NCBI RefSeq assembly: GCF_036321535.1
Contig: NC_087436.1
Span: 112,160,001 to 112,224,000 of the forward strand
Reading direction: 5' to 3'
Length of the DNA stretch: 64,000 nucleotides
Origin: Camelus dromedarius
Lineage: Eukaryota
The notes beneath the pieces are model-generated. The model had not been told where the DNA came from, did not search any database, and saw nothing but the letters and a program-made list of their open reading frames with translations. Shown here piece after piece: positions 13,291 to 25,125 of the stretch. The stretch's first letter is position 1. Each line of letters opens with the position of its first letter. A program made the translations under genes and the position numbers.

Positions 13291-13949
13291 AATGATTCAA
13301 ATGAACTTAAAAAAATAAGTGGTGTCTTCAACTGGGTGTGAAAGCATTGAGGTTTCGCAGCAATGTTTTTTGATCCTGTACCTTTAATTTCCCAAGTTAA
13401 TGAAGATTTTTGTTGCTATTATTGTTACACTATGAACAACATTGGTCCCTGCATGTAGCTTCTACTGATAGGGAAGGAGTATCATCCAATGAGTAGAAGA
13501 ATTAGGCAATTAACTTTGGAAAATGACCCTCAACAGAATGACACGGAGTAGCCTCTGGGAGAGTGACTGTGGCTGGAGTCAGCATTTGGAATTCTGCTGA
13601 GGTTTTTTGTTTGTTTTTTGGATTTTGGGTTTTTTCTAAGGCTTGACTGCCAACCAGGATATTTTCCTTAGTTTTATGACACGAGAAAGGATTACAATCC
13701 AACCCGCTTTCCCATCTAAATGCCAAGCCAAGCCTGAGGATAGAACAGGAGCCTTGCTCAGAGGTTGAGATGAACCATAGTTATTGGTCAGAGTGGGCTG
13801 GCCCCTGGGCAGACCTTTCCCCATTCATGCAGAAAGACTAGCATCACACTCTTCCTAAGCACTGAAGTCTGGAGGGGCAGGAACCAACCCAGAAGATCTC
13901 CTGTGCTTCCCAATGTGCCTGCACAGTATAAACCCTCAAAAGCCTCACA

Positions 13950-14185
13950 GTCTAAAGTATGCTATTCACGGTGCAGTCCATGGGTCACTGCAAGTTTGTA
14001 AACTCTTTGTCACCAGTTTGTGATGAGAGAAATCCAGAAAATGAGAAGTTAAAACTACTATAGCAGTTGGACATTGTCAGGACATGCAAGTTCATCCAGT
14101 GGACTCAGCCCACTGACCAGGATCCAGAGCAGGTCAGATGCTATCCAACTCGCATGGTGTGTATCCACTAGACAAAGTTTGGGAG
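13950..14185. mobile_element. Probable hAT-Charlie family DNA transposon relic
   Basis: Resembles recalled Charlie consensus (tttgtcaccagtttgtgatgagagaaatccagaaaatgaga; tatagcagttggacattg). Subfamily uncertain. Confidence 0.4.
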
Positions 14186-14401
14186 CACGTGTCACTGGCA
14201 GTTGGAAAAGCACTGGCTTAGAGCACCATGACGTGAATCTAATTTAGGGACCACCCAGAATCACCATGATCATCATAATGCCATTAGCTCACTGGGAACT
14301 TCTATGTGTCCTCAGTAAAAAGATGAGATAGGAATGATTATCCCTGTTTTACAGATAAAAATCTGTACAGAGAAAACAGTGCATTAAGAGTGAAGGATTT
14401 G

Positions 14402-14632
14402 TTTGGGTTTTTTTATTATTATTATTTTTATTGAAGTATAGTCGACTTACAATGTTAGTTTCAGGTGTGCAGCAAAGTGATTCAGTTATACATACACATA
14501 CATACATATATATTTTTTCAGTTTCTTTCCCATTATGGCTCATTACAAGAAACTGAATATAGTTCCCTGTGCTGTACAGTAGGTCCTTGTTGTTTATCGC
14601 TTTTATATACAGTAATGTTAAAAAAAAAAAAA
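14402..14632 (-). mobile_element. Short LINE-1 3' UTR insertion with 16-bp TSD (2 mismatches)
   Basis: L1 3' UTR reversed, flanked by aagagtgaaggatttg (14386-14401) and aagagtgagggatctg (14633-14648). Confidence 0.88.
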
Positions 14633-15017
14633 AAGAGTGAGGGATCTGGTCCCTGAAACAAAGTTATCATCTGTCATACCTCATTCTGACTTTCCCACTC
14701 CCCTCTTCTGCCTCCTCCTCCTCCCCCTCCCCCTCCTCGGAGAAGGGGCTGTATCTGAAAGGAGGCAGAGAGAGGCCTTCTGAGCCATGGGAACACTCCC
14801 CACACAGAATGATTAAAATCTGGAACACCCAAAGGGCACTTTTAATTGTGTTTGGAGATGGAAAAGTAGTACATATGACCAGGACCACATAATAAGGGAA
14901 TTAAAGCAGTTGACTCTTAAAGAAGTAAAGTAACCATAACATAGAGACATCCCAGTGTCCAGAAAACAGTGATTTCTAAAGTCAAGCCAAAGGGAATGGC
15001 TACCAGAACATTAAAAG

Positions 15018-15056
15018 AAGAAACTAACACAACATTGTAAATCAACTATACTTCAA

Positions 15057-15101
<45 letters not shown>

Positions 15102-15103
15102 AT
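15018..15103 (+). mobile_element. Very short L1 3' terminus with (TAAA)n tail
   Basis: agaaactaacacaacattgtaaatcaactatacttcaataaa followed by a (TAAA)n run. Confidence 0.85.
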
Positions 15104-16639
15104 CCATGTATATATATATACATGCACACAAACAAACAAAAATAGTATTTTAACAGAGCAATCGTAACTGAAAACAATTTCAGAGCCACATGTGCTTCTA
15201 AAATTCTTGGCCTTAAAGGTACAAATAGGGCTGGGATTAAAAAAAGTAATTTCCCAGTCTCAGGCAGTAGAGAAAGAGAAAGAAATTGTTGTTGAACAAG
15301 ACACTGAGTATCAAGGGAGATGGTTAGGTGGGAAATTGGCAGCCTGCGGAGGAAAGACTGAGTTTGCAAAGTTAAGTGCAAGATGGAGCCCAGAGTTCAT
15401 CGTTCTGAGAAATAGCCTTCCTAATTGTGTTGAATGGGTTAAAAAGTATGTCAAGAAAATGCAGGACATGGGGCAAAGGGAGAGCTGTTTGAATTTATTT
15501 TAATTTAAGAGCACAGGCAGGGAAGTGGCCTGAAATGTGCAAAGGGGCTAGTAAGTTTCACTGCTTAGCTCTGAGGCTTGAGACCTTGCCCTGTGCCGGG
15601 TCTCTGATGATCTTGCTTCATACCACTTACTGCCCACAGAAAACTCACGTCCTTCAGAGTTAGCCACTGTAATCAGACCATATGACCTGATCATCTGTCC
15701 CTAGCAGAGTTCAAGGCTCAGAGTAGGTAGATAATAAACAAATATGTAAATGGGGAGAAGGCAGATAAGGGTAAACTCCCCAGTCCTGATCTTCATAACG
15801 AGCTTGGACATGGCTGTAAATGTGTACCATAAAGAAGAGAAAACAAATCAAGTTTAAAATATCCACCACACACATTCCAAAGGAGAAGAGAGGGCAGTGA
15901 ACTGGTATTGTTGAATATCTACTGTGGGCAAGACACAATCTTGGGTTTATTTAAGCCTTACAACCAGGTTGGGAAGTAGGTGTTAGTGGCCCCATTTTAC
16001 AGAAGAAGGTGGAACTCATCTAAGGTCATTCAGCCGGTAATCCACCAGGCTGGGATGGGATCGATCCCATGCTGGCCTGGTGCCGTCCGTACTGTCAGCT
16101 GCAGGAATGTCACCTCCTAACAAGAGCCGGGTTGAAGACCTGAATGAGGCCAGTCATTTCCACTGAGATGACCAGGCTGTTTTGCCAGGTTATCATCATA
16201 CAATTGTCAACAATGGAGAACACTGAACACGTAAGCTCAGGGAGGACAAAACCCTAACAGGAATTGTCCCATGACCTCTTCCATCCTCAGACTTCTCCCA
16301 AATCCCAGGCCTCAGGGTCACTGCTCATCTCCCAAACTTTCATGCCTGTCACTACACCCAGACTACTATCCCTCGTGCCTGAACACATTTTAAAAACATA
16401 GATCGAGTCATGTCATTCCTCTGAGGTGCACCTTAAAACTGTCTGCTTAAAACCATCAGGTGAAAATCCAGAATCTTTAGCTTGGTCTGCACGGCCTTAA
16501 GGGATCGACCTCCCCAACTTCATCTCATAGCAGGCACCGGTCCCCTGGCCTGATTTTTGCTTTTCCAGTATATTGAGTTCCTCCCCATGGCAAAGCCTCT
16601 GTCCTTGCTGTATCAAACTATTTATCTAGCAATAGAACC

Positions 16640-16800
16640 TTAGCCAGTCTCTATCTTGTCTGTGCCTCAGTTTCCTCATCAATATAATCAGGATAGTGAT
16701 AGTCCCTTATATCAGTGATTCAGTGAGAGAGTTAAATGAAATGGTACTGGTGCTTAGAGTAACTCCTAGCACATAGTAAGTCCTCAATAAATATTTGCTG
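16640..16800 (+). mobile_element. MIR SINE
   Basis: tctgtgcctcagtttcctcatc...gcacatagtaagtcctcaataaat. Confidence 0.75.
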
Positions 16801-16805
16801 TTTTA

Positions 16806-16842
16806 TCATCACCATCATCATCACCATCACCATCATCATCAT
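16806..16842. repeat. (CAT/CAC)n trinucleotide repeat at the MIR tail
   Basis: atcatcaccatcatcatcaccatcaccatcatcatcat. Confidence 0.9.
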
Positions 16843-17171
16843 TGTAATTCCCACTGCCTGGGATATTCTGGCCAGATTTTTGCATGGCTGGCTCCCTCTT
16901 ATTCAGACCTCAGGACATATCACCTACTCCAAGAAGTCCTTCCTGGTCAGCCTGTCTGGCATGGCGTCCTCACCCCAGTTATTTTCTATCGCCTCCTTAC
17001 CTGGCTTATCTTCCTTATAGCATTTTTCATCAGTTGAATTTCCTTGAAGTATCAGTTTTACCCTTCTATTGTTTCCCTGCCTCTTATGCCTGTCATTGGA
17101 ATGTGTTTTGAAAGTGGGAATCTTCTCTCCTCTTCCCTGAATTGAGAGCCAATAATTTTAAGTCTACTCAA

Positions 17172-17411
17172 CTTGAGAAAGTTTTTAACATAAATGGATG
17201 TTGACTTTTATCAAAAGCTTTTTCTGCATCTATTGAGAGGAGCATATGGTTTTTATTCTTCAATTCGTTAATGTGGTGTATCAGACTGATTGATTTGTGG
17301 ATATGGAAAAATCCTTGCATCTCTGGGATAAATCCCACTTGATCGTGGTGTATGATCCTTTTAATGTATCGTTAGTCGATCTGCTAGTATTCTGTTGAGA
17401 ATTTTTGCATC
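17172..17411 (-). mobile_element. Isolated internal LINE-1 ORF2 fragment (reverse-transcriptase domain)
   Basis: Minus strand reads DAKILNRILADR, then after a frameshift [61 protein letters not shown] (L1 [10 protein letters not shown] motif). Confidence 0.92.
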
Positions 17412-19549
17412 ATAAGTGAATCCTCTTCCCTGAATGGAAACATATGTTTATAAGTGAATCTTCTTCCTTGTATAGGTGTTTTGAAAGCAGGACTCTTGTT
17501 TCTTCTTTCTTGAATAGAGAACCAGTAATTTTAAGTCTGCTGAACTTAAGATGTGCTCCTTTATGAGTTGGAAGTTTTAAAGAGCAAACCACTTATAAAA
17601 TCCCAAATCCAAGTGTTGCCTTGGAATACTTGAGTACACTTATGTGAAGGCTGTTAACCATCCTTGACATCAGAGACTGAACACCTGTAGCACTTTTCTC
17701 TGAGGACTTAATGTTCTTATTTGCAATTCATAAACAATCTTGCCTGTGAGAGTAGGTGAGGGATGTCATTAACTTTATTTGATAAATGTTCCACATCTAT
17801 AAAACAAGGGAGATAAGCATGACTTCTAAGGACTTCTACTCAAACATTCTAAAAAGAGGGAATACAAAATAGAAATACTAGCAAATACCACAAATAAAAC
17901 AATTAATTAATCCTATGCTAGAAATGAGGAAACAAAACCCAAGAGGTTTGAGGCTGACCCACGTCTACCCTCCTGTTATTATAAGATGGTTTCTGGTTTT
18001 GGTCTTCATTTGCAAGATTCATTCATATCTATTCAAGTCACAAATGTTTACTGAGCCCGTACTGTATGCCAAGATTCTGCTCTGGTCTCTAGCCAGCAGA
18101 CTGTCTTATTTAATACTAAATTTTTCTAGGCTCATGAGAAGCTCATACATGTTGCTTCTGATTTCCATAAAACTTTTCTTAGTTCATTCATATCATGAGC
18201 CTGGCAGTCTACCTGAGAAGTCAGCTAATTTATTCCGCTTCTCTTCTTGTCTGTTTCCCAAGCTTTGTGAAATAAGGTAGCGATGAAGTGACCCCTTTTT
18301 GGTTCAAGGTTGCCATAGATCATCATGGAAGCTTTTGGCATAAGAACAGAACTCAACTCCAGGAACTTCACAATATGGCTTTTATAGGAAAAAAGAATCT
18401 GGAGCCTTAAGAATTGATCAAAGGAATTGTTTTTCTTCCTTCCTTTTCTAATGTCCCTCTTGGATTCTACCTTTGCTTTACCTACAGAAGACATTTGTGG
18501 TCATCTACCATATTCTTGCATAACTTTACCATGAGGAGAAGACTCAAGTGGAAAAATGCAAGTTTTCTTGATATTGATTAACAGGATTTACAAACATATG
18601 CAAAATGGTAGCAACCTTGCCATTTACACAACTTCTGAGCTTTAGGACTCTGAGTATTGTACTAACAGATGGGAGGCAGGAAGGACAAATGTTTGCTTTG
18701 GAGAGAAAGTGAAATTAGTCTTACCATTGGGCAGGGGTCATGCCCTGGCTGTGGGTCTTGTCCTTTGTCAATTCCCTCAACACTAATTGTGTTGGGTAGG
18801 TTAGCACTGGCTTGCAATTAAAAGCAGAAACAGTTTCCCTTTTGTAAAATGGGGAGGGAGGAGGGATAACACCTTAAAAGATTAAAGAATACATGAGGCC
18901 ACTTATACGAAAATGTTTTGTAAGCTGTAAGGTTTTGTGTGTGTGTTTTGTGGTTTTTTGCAAAAACTGGTACCCCCTTACTCACTATCCCATCCCTCAG
19001 TGTTCAGACTCTTGTTATCCTAATTCAGGAATCAATGAATTCAGGGAAAATGTTTAAATAAACTCTTCCTTATCCAATTCAAGCTACTCACTATCTAAAA
19101 CTGGGGAACCGAATTGGTTCAAGTAGTTCAGTATCCCCATTATTCCAACTCACTCTCTGAATTTTCACTCACCAAATTTGGAAACCAGATGGGTTTGGAT
19201 GGCGAGGAATAATTGAACTGATGGCCACTGTTATTGTCACTATCACCTACAGTCTAATATACACAGAAGAAAGTAATTTGGGGCTGAATTGTATGAAATC
19301 TCTCTTTTTGCAGATCAAACATTGTTAAATATTGGCTATTTCATATGGTTCATCTTTATATTGAGGGACAGGGACCCCCATATCCAAGAAAAACAACCAT
19401 TTGACTCCATGATTTTTCCATTTTCCACCATCATCATCCAATTCCTATTTAACATTATGATAGCAAATATAACAGCCATTTATTGCCTGGCAATCCTGTG
19501 CCATGTACTGCAAGTCACTTACTTAACACTCATTATCTCATTAAAAACT

Positions 19550-21230
19550 TAATTATTTACATTTTGAATAGATAACTTGTCCATATACTACAAAATTCAA
19601 AAAATGTAAAAACCTTTAAAAATACATACTTTTCACATCTAGCTTCAACCTCTCAATTCCCCTCCCTGGAGGTAACCAACATTGCCAGTTTCCTGCATTT
19701 TCTTTCTGGGATATTCTATGCATATATTATAAGCATATATTGCTTTAAACACACACATATACACACACATACACATACACGTGCATGCAAATAGTAATAT
19801 ACTGTGCATACGATTCTAAGTGTTGAGCAGTGACATTCCTTGTAAAATCAGCAGAGATACATCCTAAAGACATATGTCACTCTAGAGATATAGCATAATT
19901 TACTTTACAAGTGCTTTATTCATGGACATTTAAGTTATTTCTAATCTTTTTCTATCATTAGCAATGATGTGCAAGTATCTTCTCTGACTTTACACAGGAG
20001 CAACTAAAAGACTAAATTTGTAGGAGAAATTCCTGGAAGAGAAATTGTCAGGTCCAAAAGCACATACATTGTAATTTTGATAGATATTGTCAAGTTGTTC
20101 AACATAAAGGCTGTACAAAGTTTCAGTTTCCCCAGCAGCCCATGAAATGACTGTTTTCCACAGTTTTCAACTACTAAAGGTTATCAAATTTTTATATTTT
20201 TCAATATTATATATGAAAAATGGTATCTCATTTTCGTTGCAATATGCATTCTCTTATTACAAGAGAGATTTATTATCTTCTCATATACTTGAGTCATTTG
20301 TATTTCCTTTCTTGTGAATTATTTGTTCATATAATTTACCCATTTTTCTTTTGGCTTGTTCTTTTCTTATATTTTAAGAAAGCACACACTTTGTTGTGAT
20401 ATAATTGAAATTACATTACAAGCTTGTAGGGGTTTCTTAAATTTTCTGCAAGGTTGTTTTATCCTTGATTTGGGGGGAGGGTGTTAAATGAACCAGTGCT
20501 TGCTGTATGTCTTCTGTTTGCATTTCTTATTTAGTATTAGCCCCCTTTGAGCTAATAATATTGAAAATACATTCTTCTATGCTTTCTAAGGCCACTTTTA
20601 AAATTAAGGACTTTTTTATATTTAATTAATTGATCCACATGGAATTTGGGGGGTATAAAATGTGAGGAATTTATTTAATTATGCAGTTGTCCAAACACCA
20701 GTAGTTGATTAATGCATATTATTCCCACTGATTTGAAATACTGATCTAGCATATTTTACCTTGCCTTAAATATTTGATTCCTTTTCTGGACCCCAATTTC
20801 TGTTCTGTTAACTCATCTTTATAATTTTTATCCAATACCAAACTTTAAACATTACTGTTGCTTTATAATACCCTTTGGTATCTAGTAGAATTAATATCAC
20901 ATCATTATGCTTTTATGTGGAATTCTTAAATCTTTATTTTTTAATCTAAACTTTAGAATTAGATTATCTAATTTAAAAATAAATTTACTGGTTTTCTCCT
21001 GGAATCCTGTTAAATTTACTAATTATCATTAGGAGAATTGTTAGCATTATGATGTTCGGTCTTTCTAATCATTGGATAGCTTTTCCAATATTAAGGTCCT
21101 TTTTGTGTCCTTTGGTAATATTTTAAGATTTTTCTTTGCATGTATATATTGTATGTGCATGTGTATCTGTGTTTTGGATATGAATATAGATATGTATATT
21201 TTTTCCATTTCTTAATAACCTTGCACCTAC
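19550..21230 (-). mobile_element. Ancient degenerate LINE-1 (L1MC/L1ME-like)
   Basis: AT-rich, with decayed L1 motifs (ggacatttaagttatttctaatc, cagttgtccaaacaccagtagttga, ccaataccaaactttaa). No ORFs. Confidence 0.7.
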
Positions 21231-22469
21231 ATCCTCTGTTCTTAGTTCATTATCATTAATATGAATACTTGATTACCTGGTAATTAAAACCTTGAGGATC
21301 ATCGTGGAGGATGAAGCCCAGGAAGAAAGGGAGAGGAGAGAGCCTGGGGCCCAGCCATAGCACTGCAAGAGTGTTAATTCTTAGACAATTCCATCAGTTG
21401 AGCATTTGGTCTATTTTGCTACCCATTGAAATTCCTTGTCAGGACTTTGAATTCTAAGAGGAAGCATATGGAGAGCCTCCAGAACAACATCCCTGACTTG
21501 GGACCTTCAGGGAATCCGTGGGTATTTCTCCTTCAGGAATATTTGGTGTCTAGAATCAAATCTAAAGTAATATGACTGCCTTCTAGTCTTTCTGTTGTGC
21601 TGTTTTAGAATCTCTGAGCAGATGATTTTAAATGTTTTCAATAGCACTGTGCTTTGCAATTTGATACATGCACCCAAAGAGCCTCTTGAAACATGGCGTA
21701 TAGGTTTTTAATACAAAAAAATGTTCTCATGTTCAGAGGTACACATAGAAGCCAATGCCGGAATCCTGAGGGAGATTTGTCTGCTTATGAAAATTCTGTA
21801 AATTCTTTATGAAAAGGAACTGTTTACACAGTTTTAACATGACTCTCTGGAATAATCTCTGGATATGATAATATTAACACAGAGTTACTTTTTAAAAATT
21901 TAATTAATGAAGTTTAACTTAGGTTTTCTGGACATAGAGTTTTCTAGAAAACTCTAGAATCTGCCTTCCCCCACATTTGAGTCTAAGTAATGTTCTTATG
22001 CTATTTCCCCTTTCTTAAAAATATTTATTTTTAGACTGACCTTATTAAGTATAACTACAAATTGGTAAGGAGACTGCCTCATTTAAAAAAAAGTATTTAT
22101 AACCATGTTTTCTCCAACTATATTTACATGTAGTTGATTCAACTTCTAACTACATATGTTCACTTAGGTTTTCTCTCATTAGAGATCTTTCATCTCTCTG
22201 AAAACCATCATTTCCTTATTAATTTCCCAGTGGCTTTAGGCAATTTCTAGCTGTGGCAATGACTATGTGAACAAAGTCTTTATTGTCTATGGTTTTATGA
22301 TAGAGAAAAATACCTTTGATATACTTAAAATGCTGATTATTAGATGAAGCCAAAGGACTAGTCATTAGCTTTGATAATACACGAAACAGTCTCTTATTGA
22401 ATGCTCCAAAGCCTTGGGATTACGAAAATGAAGATATGTTGCTGCTCTCACCAGGCTTAGCAGAAATGA

Positions 22470-23258
22470 CCAAAATACGCTGAGCACTTACTATGTGCTG
22501 GGCATTCACTGACTCTTGTAGCCAATGTTTTAGGTCACCTGCTGGGTGCCAGGTGTGGTGCTGGATTTACAGGGGCGAGCAGGGGTAGTTGCATTCATGT
22601 TCTTACAGCTTATTGTGGGAAAGAGAGACATTTACTAAATAGTCTTACACAAATGTGTGTGTATTTCTAATTAACTAAATTCCACCTTGGAAAGGAATAA
22701 AATTTTATAAGTGAATATAATCAAGTAAACTCACCCATCTAGGGGAGATCTCAGAAGGCTTTCCTGAGAAGGTGATGCTTGGACTGAGTTTTAAGGATGA
22801 GTTGATTTGAACTGGGGGGAGCAGAGGAAGAGCTTTAGAAACTCAGGGACCAGTCCTGCCTAAGACTCCGTGGCAGGATGAGGAAGAAGGGCAATGGCTG
22901 GTGAGTGGAGTGAGAGGGAGGGTGATGTGAGATTACACACTGGGGATGTGGGGGACTGGGGGACAGGAAGTGGTTGGTGGCCTATGACAGAGAGCCTGTA
23001 GGCCATGTCTCTAAAGGCTCGATGGTGAAGGAGGAGACAGAAATCTAAGCGACACTTACACATCACGAGTGTTGTAGTGAAACTATACCCCCACTGTCCT
23101 GTGAGCTCTGAGGGGAGAACCATTCTGTTGGAGGATCAGAGGAAGCTTCCTGGTAGAGGGACATTGAAGGAGGTGTTTGAAAATGAACAGAAGCTTGGCA
23201 GTCAGGAAAGGAGAGATCGGCCATTCCAGGCAGAGGGAACAGAATGTGCCCAGGGGGG
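22470..23258 (-). mobile_element. LINE-2 fragments, interrupted downstream by an MLT1 LTR
   Basis: ctgagcacttactatgtgctggg, gaaggctttcctgagaaggtgatg, ccattccaggcagagggaacag. Confidence 0.6.
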
Positions 23259-23614
23259 AGCTATGGTCTGAATACATGTGTCCCCCACAAATTTGTTTGT
23301 TGACTCCCCCAGAGATCATGGTATTAGGAGGTGGGGACTTTGGAGGTGTTTAAGTCATGAGGGTTCCACTAATCCCCGTGAAGGGGATTAATACTCTCAT
23401 AAAAGAGGCTTCAGAGAGATTCCCTAGCCCCTCCAGCCACGTGAGACCCTGCAAGAAGAGTCAGCAGTCTGCAGTCCAGAAGAGGACCCTCACCAGACCA
23501 CGCAGGTGCCCTGAGCCTGGACCTCGACCTCCAGACTAAGAAATAAGTGTCTGTCATTTACAAGCCACCCGATCTGTGGTGTCTTGTTTACAGCAGCCCA
23601 GGTGAACTAAAACA
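23259..23614 (+). mobile_element. MaLR solo LTR (MLT1A-like)
   Basis: gctatggtctgaat...atggtattaggaggtgggg...ttgtttacagcagccc...actaaaaca. Confidence 0.85.
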
Positions 23615-23924
23615 TCTGGAAGCATGAAAGAACATGGTGTATTCAGAAGGCAGGAAATGGTACAGTTATGGTTAGAGTAGAGGCAGTGTGTGTTTGTGAG
23701 TGTGTGTGTGCGTACATGGTGTACCCGTGTATGCACACATACCCAGGTGCTGGGGGATCAGGGTGGAAAGTCTTAAATGATGTATTTAAAAATTCAGGTT
23801 GGGGCATTAGCAAAGCATCACCATCTGCCACACTAAGGAATCTGGACCATCCCATAGTCACTGAGATCTTTTAATAGGTGAGGGACTTCTTATAAACTCG
23901 TATTTGTGAGTTTAGAACATTTCT

Positions 23925-24103
23925 CTAAACTCCACTGAATATTATAGTAATCACTTGGGGAGGGTGCTGTTAAAACTCTAGATCCTTAGACTGTCCCAAA
24001 TCAATTGACTCAGAACCTTTGGGGGTACATCCAGACATCAGTATAATATTTAAGCTTCCAAAGCAATTTCAATGTATAGCCAAGCTTAAGAGCTATTGGT
24101 TTA
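23925..24103. mobile_element. MER5-like hAT DNA transposon
   Basis: aatcacttgggg...tgttaaaa...gactcagaacctttggggg...aatgtatagccaagcttaagagctattg. Confidence 0.65.
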
Positions 24104-24369
24104 GTGAGACTCCCTGGTTGCTTGGCAGAGACTAGAGGCCAGGAAAGAGGTTAGGAGGCTTCCATAGTGGGGAAGGCTGAGATCCTAAAGAAGGCAACAC
24201 CCAGTGGGAACAGAAAGGAGGGGATGGGTTTCGAAGATATTCAGGCCATTGAATGGAGCGGGTCCATTTTGGAACTTGTTCAATGGAATCTATATACTCA
24301 ATAAACTTGTGAAGAGTGTTTCCCACAGTACCTTGAAAATAATTAGCTGACATGCAATTTCCACAGTTA

Positions 24370-25125
24370 AGATTAAATTTTTTCTTAACTCTTTTTAAAA
24401 AATGTTATGAAATATTTTAAGATGAATATAATTATCACACACCTACAACCCAACTTTTAAAAAATCCTAGAGTTCTGGTATATTTTCTTGCAGTCTTTTT
24501 ATTTGGGAAATAACCACATTACCATTGCATTTGAAGACCTCTCTTCAACTCCATTTCCCTCTTTCCATTCCCCACCATCCAAAATTTGATGCTTACCATT
24601 ATTTGCATAATTTGATATTTTATTATATATGTTTGTGTCCAGAAATAATATATGGCTTTATTTTCTATTATTAAACCATATAAATGGAGTTCTGTACAGT
24701 ACACATCCTTTTACAACTTTTTTCCTCAGTCTTTTGATTTTGAGACTTATTTATGTGAATACATGTAGTTCTTATTTATTTAAACAGCTGTCAGGAGTTG
24801 CCTTGCAGAAATATGCCACAACTTATATGTCTGTTCTGCTACTGATGAACATTTAGAGAGTTTCCAATTTTACTGCCATGCTGTGCTACTGTGAATAGCT
24901 TCGTGCACAATTTTTCAAGGGCATATACCCAGGAGTAGAATTGTTGGTAAAATGCCGTGTGCCTCTAAAACTTGATATTTCAAAAGGGTTGTACCAGTTT
25001 ACTCTCCCACTAAGAGCGCACGAGAGTCCCCACTACGTTCATCCTTGTCAACAGTCCGTACTGGGATTTTTCTCCAATCTTACTAATAGGAGATGGTTTC
25101 TCATTAGTATTTTCCTTCTCTTGTG
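24370..25125 (-). mobile_element. Ancient LINE-1 (L1ME-like) fragment
   Basis: gatgaacatttagagagtttcca, catatacccaggagtagaattgttgg, gtaccagtttactctcccac. Confidence 0.7.

Noticed and set aside
16795..17037. Poly-histidine ORF
   Set aside because: Translation of a (CAT/CAC)n tail of a MIR element.
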